Of a stretch of 64,000 bases of DNA, positions 13,658-25,272 are shown piece by piece. Numbering within the stretch: position 1 is the first letter of the stretch; each line of letters begins with the position of its first letter. The stretch comes from Azolla caroliniana (lineage: Eukaryota; Plantae; Polypodiophyta). A model generated the notes under the pieces. The model searched no databases, was not told the DNA's origin, and saw only the letters and a list, made by a program, of their open reading frames with translations. The stretch lies in assembly GCA_043228905.1 (NCBI GenBank), contig JBHGNT010000017.1, positions 8,990,001 to 9,054,000 of the forward strand, given 5' to 3'. The position numbers were made by a program, and so were the translations under genes.

Positions 13658-14528
13658 TAGACCATCACCGAGGAAGAAACTGGTACCGGAGTCCCCAGAA
13701 CCAGGAAAAATCGGGGACAAGGTCGAAGTCAAGGGGGAGGCCTACTTGCTTCTATTGTGGGAAGCCAGGGCACTTCCAAAAAAACTGTCGGCATTTCCGG
13801 AAAGAGAAAGGAACCGACAATGCCGATTCGAAGAAGGGTTCGGATCGGAAAGGCTCAGATCGAAGGGGAACGTTGGCAATCGCGACAAGTTTAGAAGAAC
13901 TGATGCTCATTACCGAGGAGAATGAGTTAAACCTGGTCAGCGACAAGACAACGTGGGTTGTCGATTCCGGAGCATCATTCCATCTAACACCGGATTGGAA
14001 ATACTTCTCATCCTACACAGTCTGAGATCACGGATGTGTCCGGATGGGGAATGAAGGCACCTGTCAAATCGTCAGTATGGGAAATGTGTGGTTGACAACA
14101 TCAATCGTATGCAAATTGCTGCTGAAAGAAGTCTGACATGTTCCTGAGGTTCGTTTGAACTTGATATCAGCCAGTCGGCTAGATGATGAAGGCTACACGG
14201 GTAGCATCCAGAACGGAGTCATGAAATTCAGCAAATCTTGATTGTGGCTCGAGCCCAGAAAATCAACACATTGTACCTGATGCATGCTCGGATATGCTGA
14301 GAAGAAGTGAACGTAGCATCTGACACTTCTGGTGAGCTGTAGCACAAGAGACTATATCATATGAGCCAGACGACGATGAGAAGACTTGCTGAAGATAACC
14401 TCGTTCCGAAGGTGAAAGACATGCATCCTGAGAAGTGCACCGACTGCTTGGCCCACAAGCAAACACGAACCTCCTTCCGGTCAAGACCACCGATGAGACG
14501 AAATGCACCACTGGAGCTGGTGCATACC

Positions 14529-14620
14529 TGTTGGAGACGAGGCCGTGTCGATGCGGAAGATCAAGAAGCATTCGACTCTTCTCTGTACCTGCGTATGACA
14601 GTTTCTAGGTCGTTGCACAG

Positions 14621-14670
<50 letters not shown>

Positions 14671-17600
14671 CACAAAAGACTTTCTATTCCACAAAGCAAT
14701 AATACAACACCCAACCTTACAAAAAGGTTACAAGGTCACTTTATATAGTGACCGACTTAGGGCAACTACCATTTATGCTAATTACACAAATGGCCCAAAC
14801 TTAAGCTATACAAAGGGATAATGTGAATACGTCCATTATATACTTGTATTCGACACTCCCCCGTAATGGGCGTATACATGGGTTATCTAAGATTACAGGT
14901 ATAAACCTAGGTTCTCGGACATATCAGTTTTGTTCGAGTCGGCAGGGTCCGAGGCAGAAGACCGAACTGGTCGGGTCGGAAGAGTTGAAGCCGATCGTTA
15001 AGGAACTGATGTCGGTTGTCGGAAACCATCTTGCGCTGTGTCCGGCTCTAACCGGACTGGTTTGTTGTTACGCCCATCTAATGCCGAAGAGACCGAAAGC
15101 AGTCTGCCGAAAGACACTTGGTCATTCCATCTGCGACATTGTCGGTTGTGGATATTTTCTCTAGACCGATTTTCCCTGAAATGACGCAGTCCCGAACGAA
15201 GTGATATCGAACGTCGATATGTTTGGAGGCGTTGTGGTGAACCGGATTTCTCGACAAGGCAACAGCACCTTGACTGTCGCTATAGACAACTGGAGCCGAG
15301 TCATGGTCGACTTGTCGAAACGTGTGCGCCAGCCGGTCGAGCCACAAAGCTTCTTTTGCAGCGTCGGACGCAGCTACATATTCTGCTTCGGTCGTTGAGG
15401 TCGCTGTGCACTCCTGAAGTTTCGACTTCCACGAAATTGCTCCGTTGCCGAACTTGAAGCAGTATCCGGTTGTTGATTTCCGACTATCTATACAGCCGGC
15501 GAAGTCCGAGTCGGTGTAACCGACTACGCCTGAGGTTCGGTTCGGACCGAAAAGAATGCCGTGGTCTTTTGTGCCAGCCAGATATCTGAACACATGCTTG
15601 ACTGCGTTCCAATGCGATCGGCCAGGATTGTGCATAAATCTGCTAACGACTCCTACGGCGTGAGAAATATCAGGCCGTGTCGCGACCATCAGGTACATAA
15701 GGGAGCCGACTGCCGGTGCATACGGTACCGACTTCATATCTTCCCCCTCCGGACCGGATGTCGGGCAGTCTCGCTGAGAGAGCCGAAGATTCATGGGGAG
15801 CGGGGTTGATGCAGATTTGGCTGATTGCATGTTGAAGCGTTCTAAGACACGTCGGATATAGTCGGTCTGAGACAAAAAAAGATGTTGTTTATCGCGATGC
15901 TGACTAATCTTCATGCCGAGTATGTGTCGTGCCGGACCGAGGTCCTTCATGGCAAACTTCAACCGCAGTTGCCGAATGAGATCGGCAAGTTCACCCGCGT
16001 GGCGTCCAGAAATTAGCATGTCGTCCACGTAAATGATGAGGAAGATGGGTGATCCATCTTGAGCTGTGTTGGTAAAGAGACAATGGTCCTCATCGCTTTT
16101 TGAGAAGCCGATCGATTGGATGAAGTCGTCGAACTTCTTGTACCATTGTCGCGGTGCCTGTTTGAGGCCGTATAGACTCTTCCTGAGTCGGCAGACTAGC
16201 CTTCCTGAGTCGGCAGACTAGATGTTCTTGGCCAGTTGCCACGAAGCCTTTGGGCTGTTCCATATAAATTTCCTCTTCAAGATCACCATGGAGGAAGGCG
16301 GTTTTGACATCTAGCTGAATCAGCTCCAAGTTGTCGGCTGCCACTACGCCGAGTAGAAAACGAAGGGTTGTCATTTTCACCACTGGTGAAAAAATCTCGT
16401 CGAAGTCGACGCCATATTCTTGTCGGAAGCCCTTCGCAACTAATCTGGCCTTGTACTTTGGGGTGGTCGAATCAGACGTCTCTTTTAGTCGATAAACCCA
16501 CTTGCAAGGAAGAGCACGTCGGTTCCTAGGTAATTCGACCAGATCCCAAGTCTTGTTTGCCCGAATGGAGTGCATTTCCGACTCCATCGCCAGATGCCAG
16601 GTGGCTGAATCGACAGATGTCGATGCTTCTTCGTAAGAAGTCGGTTCGCCGGCGTCGGTGAAGAAAATTCCAGGAGAATACCTCTCCGGAGGTTGCGACA
16701 GTCTCTCGGATCGTCGAGGTAAGATTGGACTGGTCGCATCGGGTATCGAGGTCGGATGGTCCGAAAGCGGATTGTTCTGCTGTGCCGAGTCGGGGTTGTC
16801 CGAGTCGGTAATGTAAGGTTCAGCTACCCGTGAAGCTGACCGTGTGTTAAGAGCGGGGCCTTCTTGAAGGGTCGGCACATCGGAAAATGTTACCCTTCGG
16901 ACTTCGATCGGTTTTTCGACTGATGGATTCATAGCCGACTCGTTGAACACAACGTCCGAACTTCGAACGATTTGTCTGCGTTCGGGGTCCCAGAGTCGGT
17001 ATCCCATTTCGCCGTCGGATCCATATCCAAGGAAAATGCATTTCCTGGACCGAGGTGCAAGTTTTCGGCGATAATCTTTCGGAATAAGGGCGTACGCCTC
17101 GCATCCGAAGATCCTCAGCTTGTCGTAATTCGGCTTACTGCCGATCCATAGTTCCTGAGGAATTTGAAGTCCTAGAGGTCTGCTTGGCGACATATTGATT
17201 ATGTGTACTGCCGTGAGTAGAGCCTCTGCCCAGAAGCCATCCGACAGTCCGGAGTGTTGGAGCATGGAAACTATCCGTTCTTGGATTGTCCGATTCATTC
17301 GTTCTGCGATCCCGTTTTGCTCCGGACTGTGTGGTGACGTAAATTCACGTCGGATGCCGCGTTGTCGGCAGAATTTGACGAATTCTTCGGATTTGAACTC
17401 TCCCCCATTGTCTGTCCGAAAGCATTTCAGCTTTCGGTCGGTTTGATTTTCTACCATAGCGAGCCAATCGGTGAAGATCGAGAAGACACGATCTTTGGTG
17501 CGAATTGGATAAGCCCACACCTTTCGAGTCGAATCGTCAATAAAACTGACGAAGTAAGAGGCACCGCCGAGAGACTGATGCGGCATTGGGCCACAGACGT

Positions 17601-19872
17601 CCGAGTGGACTAAATCGAGAGGTCTCGTTTCTCGTGGTGCTGATGTCGGGTGTGATGCGGCTGCTTGTTTGCCATACTGGCAATGCTCGCAGAATTGATG
17701 GTCGGAGAAGGAGAGTTTGGGGATGTATCCGGCTCTAGATAGATGCGTAATGCCGGCCTTGCTGAGGTGTCCTAATCTTCGGTGCCATAGTGATGACACA
17801 GGAATATCCACCAAAAACAGGTTACCCTCTCTGAGCGTAACATGTAACGGATACAGGGAGTGTATCTTGGGTCCTCTAGCAAGCAGGAGGTTCCCCCTGT
17901 GGAGTGTCCACCCTCCCGAAGAAAAACCGGCACGAATGCCGTCTTCATCTAGTTGTCCGACTGAGATCAATGGCCTTGAGAGCTCGGGTACATGCCGGAC
18001 ATTGTGGAGTACAAGTGTAGAGCCACCTGCAAGGTTGAGCTCTACTGTGCCGATTCCGATGATGTCACAGTGTTGTGAGTTGCCGACTCGAACTGAGTCG
18101 GAGTGACGGATCGTATATTGCCGAAATTGGGATCGATGAGGAGTCACGTGAAATGACGCGCCCGAATCTAAGAGCCATGTGCTCGATTCTTCAGTCGTGA
18201 GTAGAACTTCTGATCCGACTGGATTTTCGATTGATAGTATATTCGGGTCGTCTGGTAGCACATCAGCTGAGAAGCTGACGTAATTGATCTCCTCATGCCG
18301 GCCACTCTTCTTGTTGTTCTTGTTTTTGAGTGCGCGGCAGTCGGCTTTGATGTGTCCGGGTTTCTTGCAATAGTTGCAGATTCGGTTATCCCGTGACTGG
18401 CTCCGTCTTCGCTGATTGTTCGGCGGCCGTGAGGAATCTCTTCCTCGTATGTTCGATCGGTCTGTCGAACCTTGTACTACGTAAGCGTCGTCTGTTGAGT
18501 CTTTGGCGAAAGACTTTCTCCGAGCTGCTTCGGTCAGGATTGCGCTCGTGACTTCGGAGTATTTAACAGCCGTGGTTGACGCGTTGCACACGGTTGTGAC
18601 GAAAGTTTCCCATGATGAGGGAAGGCTGCTCATGAGTATCATTGCTCTGAGTTCATCCTCGATTGCCGTCCCCTGTGACGAGATTTGGGAGCTTATGCTT
18701 TCGTACTCATTGAGGTGTGCTTGAACCGAATCGGATTCTTTCATCCGCAAGTTGTAGAGGCGCCGGATCAGAAACATCTTCGTTGCGGCGACCTTCTTTT
18801 CGTAAGTGTCCGACAGTGTTTTCCACAGTTCGAATGCTGTCGTACACGATTGCACCGTAAAGTATACCGATTCCGATAGGTGCATCCGAATCGTGGCGCG
18901 GACAATTCTGTCCAGCTTCTGCCACTCAATTGGTTTGTATCCTTCTGGAGGTTCTTCATTTTCGATGGGATCGATTTGCCCCTTGACTATGAGATAGTCC
19001 TGCATTTGTTCCTTCCAGAAGTTGAAGTTCGATCCATCGAACTTTCGTAGACTCATTTCTGACGAGCCGGATGTTGATGCCATCAAATTTGGTTTCGGTT
19101 GACGAAGCTCGGTTCGGAGTTGACTACGAACCTTGTTGGAGTGCAGCCGGTTGGCTCACCCGATATCGTTCTAGTCGGATTTGAACCCGAGTCGGTTCGG
19201 CTTCGGATATATGTATTGTTGAACTTGCTCGGATTGACTCCGGTAACTTGAGGGACAGGACCGACTGGTCTTCCCGAATGTTGCCGAGTCGGAGTGAGCC
19301 CGGTTCGCTTCGGATATATATGCCGAATACCGATTATTGAAACCGATTATCTGGACCGATTCTGCTTCGGGTGACTGCAGCGACGAGAGAGACGGATCCA
19401 ACTGATCCTCTCGAATGTCGATCAGCCGGATGAAGCACGAATTGGGGTTGTTGTCTTGAGACCGATCTGCACCGAGTGGTTACAATGAGCGGCGAGCAGC
19501 GTTTGATGACCTCTTCGGATGCCGTTTAACCGAGTGGAGCACGATCGTGTCAATGTTGCACAAGGGGATTTCACCTCGAGTGGTTACGATCACAGGAAAC
19601 AGAGTACAGCCGGCTGGCTTACTCCAAGCAAAGATGATCTAACGCGATGAGATGCAGGCCTCGTTTTTCTTCTTCTCTCTTCTTCGAATGACGCAGGAAA
19701 CCGAATGTTGTGCAGGCTGAGACGACGTCCGACAGCGGATTGAAGGACCGAATGCTCTGCAGGCTCTGATACCAGATGTTGGAGACGAGGCCGTGTCGAT
19801 GCGGAAGATCAAGAAGCATTCGACTCTTCTCTGTACCTGCGTATGACAGTTTCTAGGTCGTTGCACAGAGAT

Positions 19873-19911
<39 letters not shown>

Positions 19912-20096
19912 CACAAAAGACTTTCTATTCCACAAAGCAATAATACAACACCCAACCTTACAAAAAGGTTACAAGGTCACTTTATATAGTGACCGACTTA
20001 GGGCAACTACCATTTATGCTAATTACACAAATGGCCCAAACTTAAGCTATACAAAGGGATAATGTGAATACGTCCATTATATACTTGTATTCGACA
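14529..20096 (-). mobile_element. Full-length, very young Ty1/copia element (family D): LTRs 14529-14855 and 19777-20096, PBS 19763-19774, TSD ATACC
   Basis: TG...CA LTRs identical except in the (GA)n tract; perfect ATACC at 14524-14528 and 20097-20101; iMet PBS; CGGGGGAG PPT. Confidence 0.97.
15078..19086 (-). pseudogene. Copia D gag-PR-INT-RT-RH polyprotein (~1328 aa if repaired), broken by one 22-nt insertion
   Basis: The 998-aa ORF (CNYCKKPGHIKADC, WLLDSGAS, HSDVCGP, RTDNGGEF, KTAFLHGDL) and the 316-aa ORF (YVDD, GYTDSD) join in frame once the duplication at 16179-16221 is removed. Confidence 0.93.
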
Positions 20097-20860
20097 ATAC
20101 CGATGTGTGTCAAGTCGACACGAAGTCACATGCTGGATCACAATACTTTGTGAAGTTCATAGACGACCACAGCCGGAAGTTGTGGGTCTCACCGCTGAAG
20201 ACAAAGGATTAGGTGTTATCTGTCTTCAAGGAGCTCCACGCGAGAGTGGAAAGAGAAACCAGCCAGAAGCTGAAGGCGATTGGAACAGATAACAAAGCAG
20301 AATACTGGGGGCAGTTCGAGGAGTACTACCGGTGTCGTGAAGATCCGTCACGACGTGCGGATCGTGAGGCAGAACCGCCAGAGTCTTGGACTAGAAGGAT
20401 TCAAAGTTTGCACTAGCTTTAGCGAGAAAGGATTTAATATAGATTGAGAGAGATTGATATGACGAAAGAGAGATATTGAGATAAAGATTGAACTTTTAAC
20501 TTTTAGATTTAAGAGAGAAGATACATCAATAGTAGGATTATAAGTTTCTTATTTTTCCCAAATATTTCATTAGTCCCATTTGCTTGATTCCTCCACTCTT
20601 TTATAGATGCCCCCATGCATATGGTGCATGCGAGGGTGCAAGACATGCACGTAATGCATGCTTGCCATGTCATCATCTAAGCTTTCATGTATGAGAATTT
20701 ACATGTAAAAGTATAATGATAAAAATATAGCTTCTAAGGAAATTACTTGGCTCGTTGTCTCGCTGGTTCCATCCGGTCGGTCAAAACCTTTACAAGTAGT
20801 TTATGTTGGGAGACAGGTCCCTCTGGATGGGAAGGGAGAAGAACAGTGCTGATGAGCAAA

Positions 20861-21236
20861 CCGGATGAGGAGTACTCGGCTTCGGAGAGCCGGATGGTGC
20901 AGACCCGATGAGAACCGGATGAGGAGTACCCGGCTTCGAAGAGCCAGATGGTGCAGACCCCGTGAGAACCGGATGAGGAGTACCCGGCTACGAAGAGCCA
21001 GATGGTGCAGACCCGGTGAGAACCGGATGAGGAGTACCCGGCTACGGAGAGCCGGATGGTGCAGACCCGGTGAGAACCGGATGAGGAGTACCCAGCTACG
21101 AAGAGCCAGATGGTGCAGACCCGGTGAGAACCGGACGAGGAGTACCCGGCTACGGAGAGCCGGATGGTGCAGACCCGGTGAGAACCGGACGAGGAGTACC
21201 CGGCTACGGAGAGCCGGATGGTGCAGACCCGGTGAG
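20861..21236 (+). repeat. 54-bp tandem repeat, ~7 units, in U3 of the A3 5' LTR
   Basis: Unit CCGGTGAGAACCGGATGAGGAGTACCCGGCTACGGAGAGCCGGATGGTGCAGAC; ORF translations show an 18-aa period. Confidence 0.95.
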
Positions 21237-23398
21237 GAGTGCTCACCGGATGAAGAGACATATTCATAAATATGTTTCTGAGAGTCCATCGTGGCTATAT
21301 TTGTAAATAGCCGAAAAGTCATATTAGTATAAATATGACTTAGGGCAAACTTTTAGTGTGTTGTTGTCATTCTTGTTGGTGCAAGAAGTGAGAGCGTGCA
21401 ACTGTGTACAGAGAGAGTGAGAGAGAGAGGAAGAGGTCGTTGCCTCTGATTGTAACCACCGCCTGTGGCGAAGATAGCAAGCTCGAGGCCGTGGCCTCAG
21501 TGCTTTCTTATTGTACATTCTGACATAGTGATAGTTCGCGGTCTGTGGGCTGTCGTGGTTTTTCCCGAGTTTGGGTTTTCCACGTAAACATCCTGTGTAT
21601 TCTTCTCTTCTCTCTGTCGTGCATTTCATTCCCTATTTTCTGTGTATTATTCTAGGCTCGGTTGTGGCCCAACATTGTTCAAAGGGAGCGTGTAGTTCCT
21701 GTCAAAGTGGTATCAGAGTGAGGCAACACAGAAAATGGATGATTCGTTGGGAGGCAACTATTCGGTGTGGAAGTCGAAGATGAGGGACATGCTCGTGGTT
21801 AACGACCTTTGGCTGCCGGTTCAGTTCGGGGACAAGTGACCGGACAAAATCGACGCCGCGATATGGGAGGTGATGCACATGAAAACAACGGCGTACATAC
21901 GGTGCTTCATCGACATCAGCCTATACAACAACTTCAATGAAGAGAGCAAGGCTCATGAGCTCTAGGAGAAGATCGGCATTATGTTTTAGAACAAAAATGT
22001 TGTTAACCAGGTTTCGGTATTCCGGAAGCTAGTAAGACTCTGGTACCAAGATGGCTCCAGCATGGTGGAGCGCATGAATGCCTTCCAGGGGCTGATACAC
22101 CAGGCAACATCATTGGAAGTACCTCTCGCCGACGAGGTTCCCTCCCGGATAGCTGGGAGATGTTGGTTGTCACTTTGGGCAACGCCGGGCCGGAAGGGAA
22201 ACGGTTATCCTTAGCAAGAATGAAGTCAAGCTTGCTAGATGAGGAGGCGCGTCGGAAAGATAAGGATACAAGCTCCGACTCCAAAGCGCTCCTAACCGAA
22301 TCGGAACGCGGAAGACATAGAAACCGTAGTCCCCAGAACCGGGAAAAGTCGGGGACACGGTCAAAGTCAAGGGGGAGGCCTACTTCCTTCTATTACGGCA
22401 AGCCGGGACACTACCAGAAGAACTGTCGGCATTTCCGTAAAGACAAGGAAACCGACGGCACCGATTCGAAGCGGACACCGGACTGGAACAGTAAAGACCG
22501 GAGGGGGTCGGACCAGAAGGGAACAACGGAAATCACGGCAAGTGAAGAAGAGTTGATGCTCATCACCGAGGAGAGTGAGATAAACCTTGCCGGCGACGAG
22601 ATGACCTGGGTGGTCGACTCCGGAGCGTCGTTCCACCTTACCCCGGACCGTAAATGCTTCTCATCCTACACATCCGGTGATCACGGTTGTATCCAGATGG
22701 GGAATGAAGGTACATGCCGAATTGTCGGCATAGGAGACGTGTGGTTGACAACACCAACCGGTTGCAAGATGCTGTTGAAGGATGTCCGACACGTTCCGGA
22801 GGTTCGTCTGAACCTGATATCAGCCGGTCAGCTAGATGATGAAGGCTACACGGGTAGCATCCGGAACGGTCTTCGTGACATTCATAGATGACCACAGCCG
22901 GAAGTTGTGGGCCACACCATTGAAGACGATGGACCGGTAAGGAAGTATCCTACCGGCATCTGAAGGTGTTCGGGTGTCTCACGTACGTGCATGTAGCTAA
23001 GGACCGGAGAGGAAAGTTAGATCCAAAGACCCGACCATGCATATTCCTCGGTTACGGCGAAGATGAGTTCAGCTACCGAGTGTGGGACCTGGTCGACAAG
23101 AAGGTATTCCGGAGTCCAGATATTATCTTCATGGAGGACAAGACACTTGCCGAGTGGGAGTCAGAGAAGAAGATAATGAACTCTGAGTCGACCGGTAAGA
23201 ATCAATTCTACGATGAGCAGACCCAACCGGCAAGAGACCGGTTAGCACTCGAGGAACCAGCCGGTTACGGTGAGGATACCGAACCGGCAGAAGAAGAAGT
23301 AGAGGAAGCTGAAACCGAAACCGGCCAAGACCCCGAATCGGATTCGGATGAAGAGCAAATAGAGAAGCGCCCCCCGGAGATTTTCGGATGCAGAGCAT

Positions 23399-24991
23399 GT
23401 GCTGCTAACCGATGAGGGGGAGCTAGAAAGCTTCGAAGAAGCGAAAGATGACACCCACAGCCGCAAATGGTTAAGTGCCATGCAGGATGAGATGGATTCC
23501 CTGCATGAGAACCATACGTACGAATTGGTGGAGTTGCCGAAAGGAAAGCGGGCACTCCGAAACAAGCGGGTGTACAAGTTGAAACCGGGAGATGCCGGCA
23601 ACCCCCCGAGATACAAAGCCAGGATCATGGTGAAGGGGTTCCAGCAGAAGAAGGGCGTGGACTTTGACGAGATATTTGCCCCGGTAGTAAAGATGACCTC
23701 CATCCGGATGGTGCTGAGTATAGCTGCAAGCATGGACATCGAGGTAGAGCAGCTGGACGTGAAGACGACATTTCTTCACGGTGACCTCAAAGAGGAGATC
23801 TACATGCAGCAACTCGAAGGATTCGTGGAGAAAGGGAAGGAGCACCTGGTATGCCGGTTGAGGAAGAGCTTGTACGGACTGAAGCAGGCTCCCCGACAAT
23901 GGTGCCGGAAGTTCGACTCCTTCATGGCTGATCAAGGGTACCACAAGACGCAGGCCGATCACTGCGTGTTTGTGAAGAAGTTCGAAGGAGGCGACTTCCT
24001 GATACTCCTTCTGTACGTAAATGACATGTTGATCGTCGGACGGCACCAAGTCAAAATACGGATGCTGAAGAAGGCTCTCAACCGAACCTTCTCAATGAAA
24101 GACTTGGGTCCGGCAAGACAGATGTTGGGGATGCATATTATCCGGAACCGGCCAGTGAAGCAATTGTGGCTATCACAAGAGAAGTACGTGACGAAGGTGC
24201 TTCACTGGTTCAACATGTCAGATGCAAAACCGGTCGGATCAACACTTCCGGCAAACTGCAGGTTATTCGATAAGCAAAGCCCGAAGACGAAAGCAGAGAA
24301 GGTGGATATGATGAAGATTCCATATGCCTCTACTGTTGGGAGCTTAATGTACGCAATGGTGTGTACCCGACCGGATATAGGATACGCAATCGGAGTGGTG
24401 AGCCGGTTCATGAGCAATCCCGGCAAGGAGCACTGGAACGCGGTCAAATGGATACTCCGGTACTTGAAGGGCACTTCGCATATGTGTCTCCGATTCGGCT
24501 CCAGAAAACCTCAACTTGACGGTTTTACCGATTCGGACATGTCGGCTAATGTGGATACCAGCCGGTCTACATCCGGGTATGTAATGACATATGCAGGGGG
24601 AGCTGTTTCGTGGCAGTCGAGGCTGCAGAAGACGGTTGCATTGTCAACCACAGAGGCGGAGTACATGGCGGTTGTGGAAGCCGGCAACGAAATATTATTG
24701 ATGAAGGATTTCATCGGAGAGCTCGGTATCCGGCAAGATGAATACCGGCTCTATTGCGACAGTCAAAGTGCCATCCACCTTGCTAAGAATGCAGCCTACC
24801 ATTCCCGGACGAAGCATATCCAACAAAGGTATCAATGGATCCAGGAAAGAGTAGATGACCAGGAGTTCGCGTTGATGAAGATCCACAGGACCGAGAACGG
24901 GTCAGATATGCTGACCAAAGTGATGATACCCGACAAGCTGGATGCATGCCGGAAGCAGATCGGACTAGTAAGACACCCCATGCTGGAGTGA
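23399..24991 (+). CDS. Copia RT-RNase H region of A3, open for 530 aa (catalytic YVDD changed to YVND)
   Basis: KARIMVKGF, LYGLKQAPRQW, LYVNDML, GFTDSD, TKHI, DMLTK. Confidence 0.8.
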   Translation: MLLTDEGELESFEEAKDDTHSRKWLSAMQDEMDSLHENHTYELVELPKGKRALRNKRVYKLKPGDAGNPPRYKARIMVKGFQQKKGVDFDEIFAPVVKMTSIRMVLSIAASMDIEVEQLDVKTTFLHGDLKEEIYMQQLEGFVEKGKEHLVCRLRKSLYGLKQAPRQWCRKFDSFMADQGYHKTQADHCVFVKKFEGGDFLILLLYVNDMLIVGRHQVKIRMLKKALNRTFSMKDLGPARQMLGMHIIRNRPVKQLWLSQEKYVTKVLHWFNMSDAKPVGSTLPANCRLFDKQSPKTKAEKVDMMKIPYASTVGSLMYAMVCTRPDIGYAIGVVSRFMSNPGKEHWNAVKWILRYLKGTSHMCLRFGSRKPQLDGFTDSDMSANVDTSRSTSGYVMTYAGGAVSWQSRLQKTVALSTTEAEYMAVVEAGNEILLMKDFIGELGIRQDEYRLYCDSQSAIHLAKNAAYHSRTKHIQQRYQWIQERVDDQEFALMKIHRTENGSDMLTKVMIPDKLDACRKQIGLVRHPMLE

Positions 24992-25058
24992 ATGGGGAGT
25001 TTGTTGGGAGACAGGTCCCTCCGGATGGGAAGGGAGAAGAACAGTGCTGATGAGCAAA

Positions 25059-25272
25059 CCAGATGAGGAGTACCCGGCTTCGGAGAGCCAGATTTTGCAG
25101 ACTCGGTGAGAACCGGATGAGGAGTACCCGGCTTCAGAGAGTCGGATGGTGCAGACCCGGTGAGAACCGGATGAGGAGTACCCGGCTACGGAGAGCCAGA
25201 TGGTGCAGACCCGGTGAGAACCGGATGAGGAGTACCCGGCTACGGAGAGCCGGATGGTGTAGACCTGGTGAG
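25059..25272 (+). repeat. 54-bp tandem repeat, ~4 units, in the A3 3' LTR
   Basis: Same unit as 20861-21236. Confidence 0.93.

Noticed and set aside
20861-21236. CRISPR-like array or repeat-protein ORFs (RSTRLRRAGWCRPGENRM)
   Set aside because: The units are contiguous with no unique spacers and lie inside an LTR. The ORFs arise because 54 is divisible by 3.
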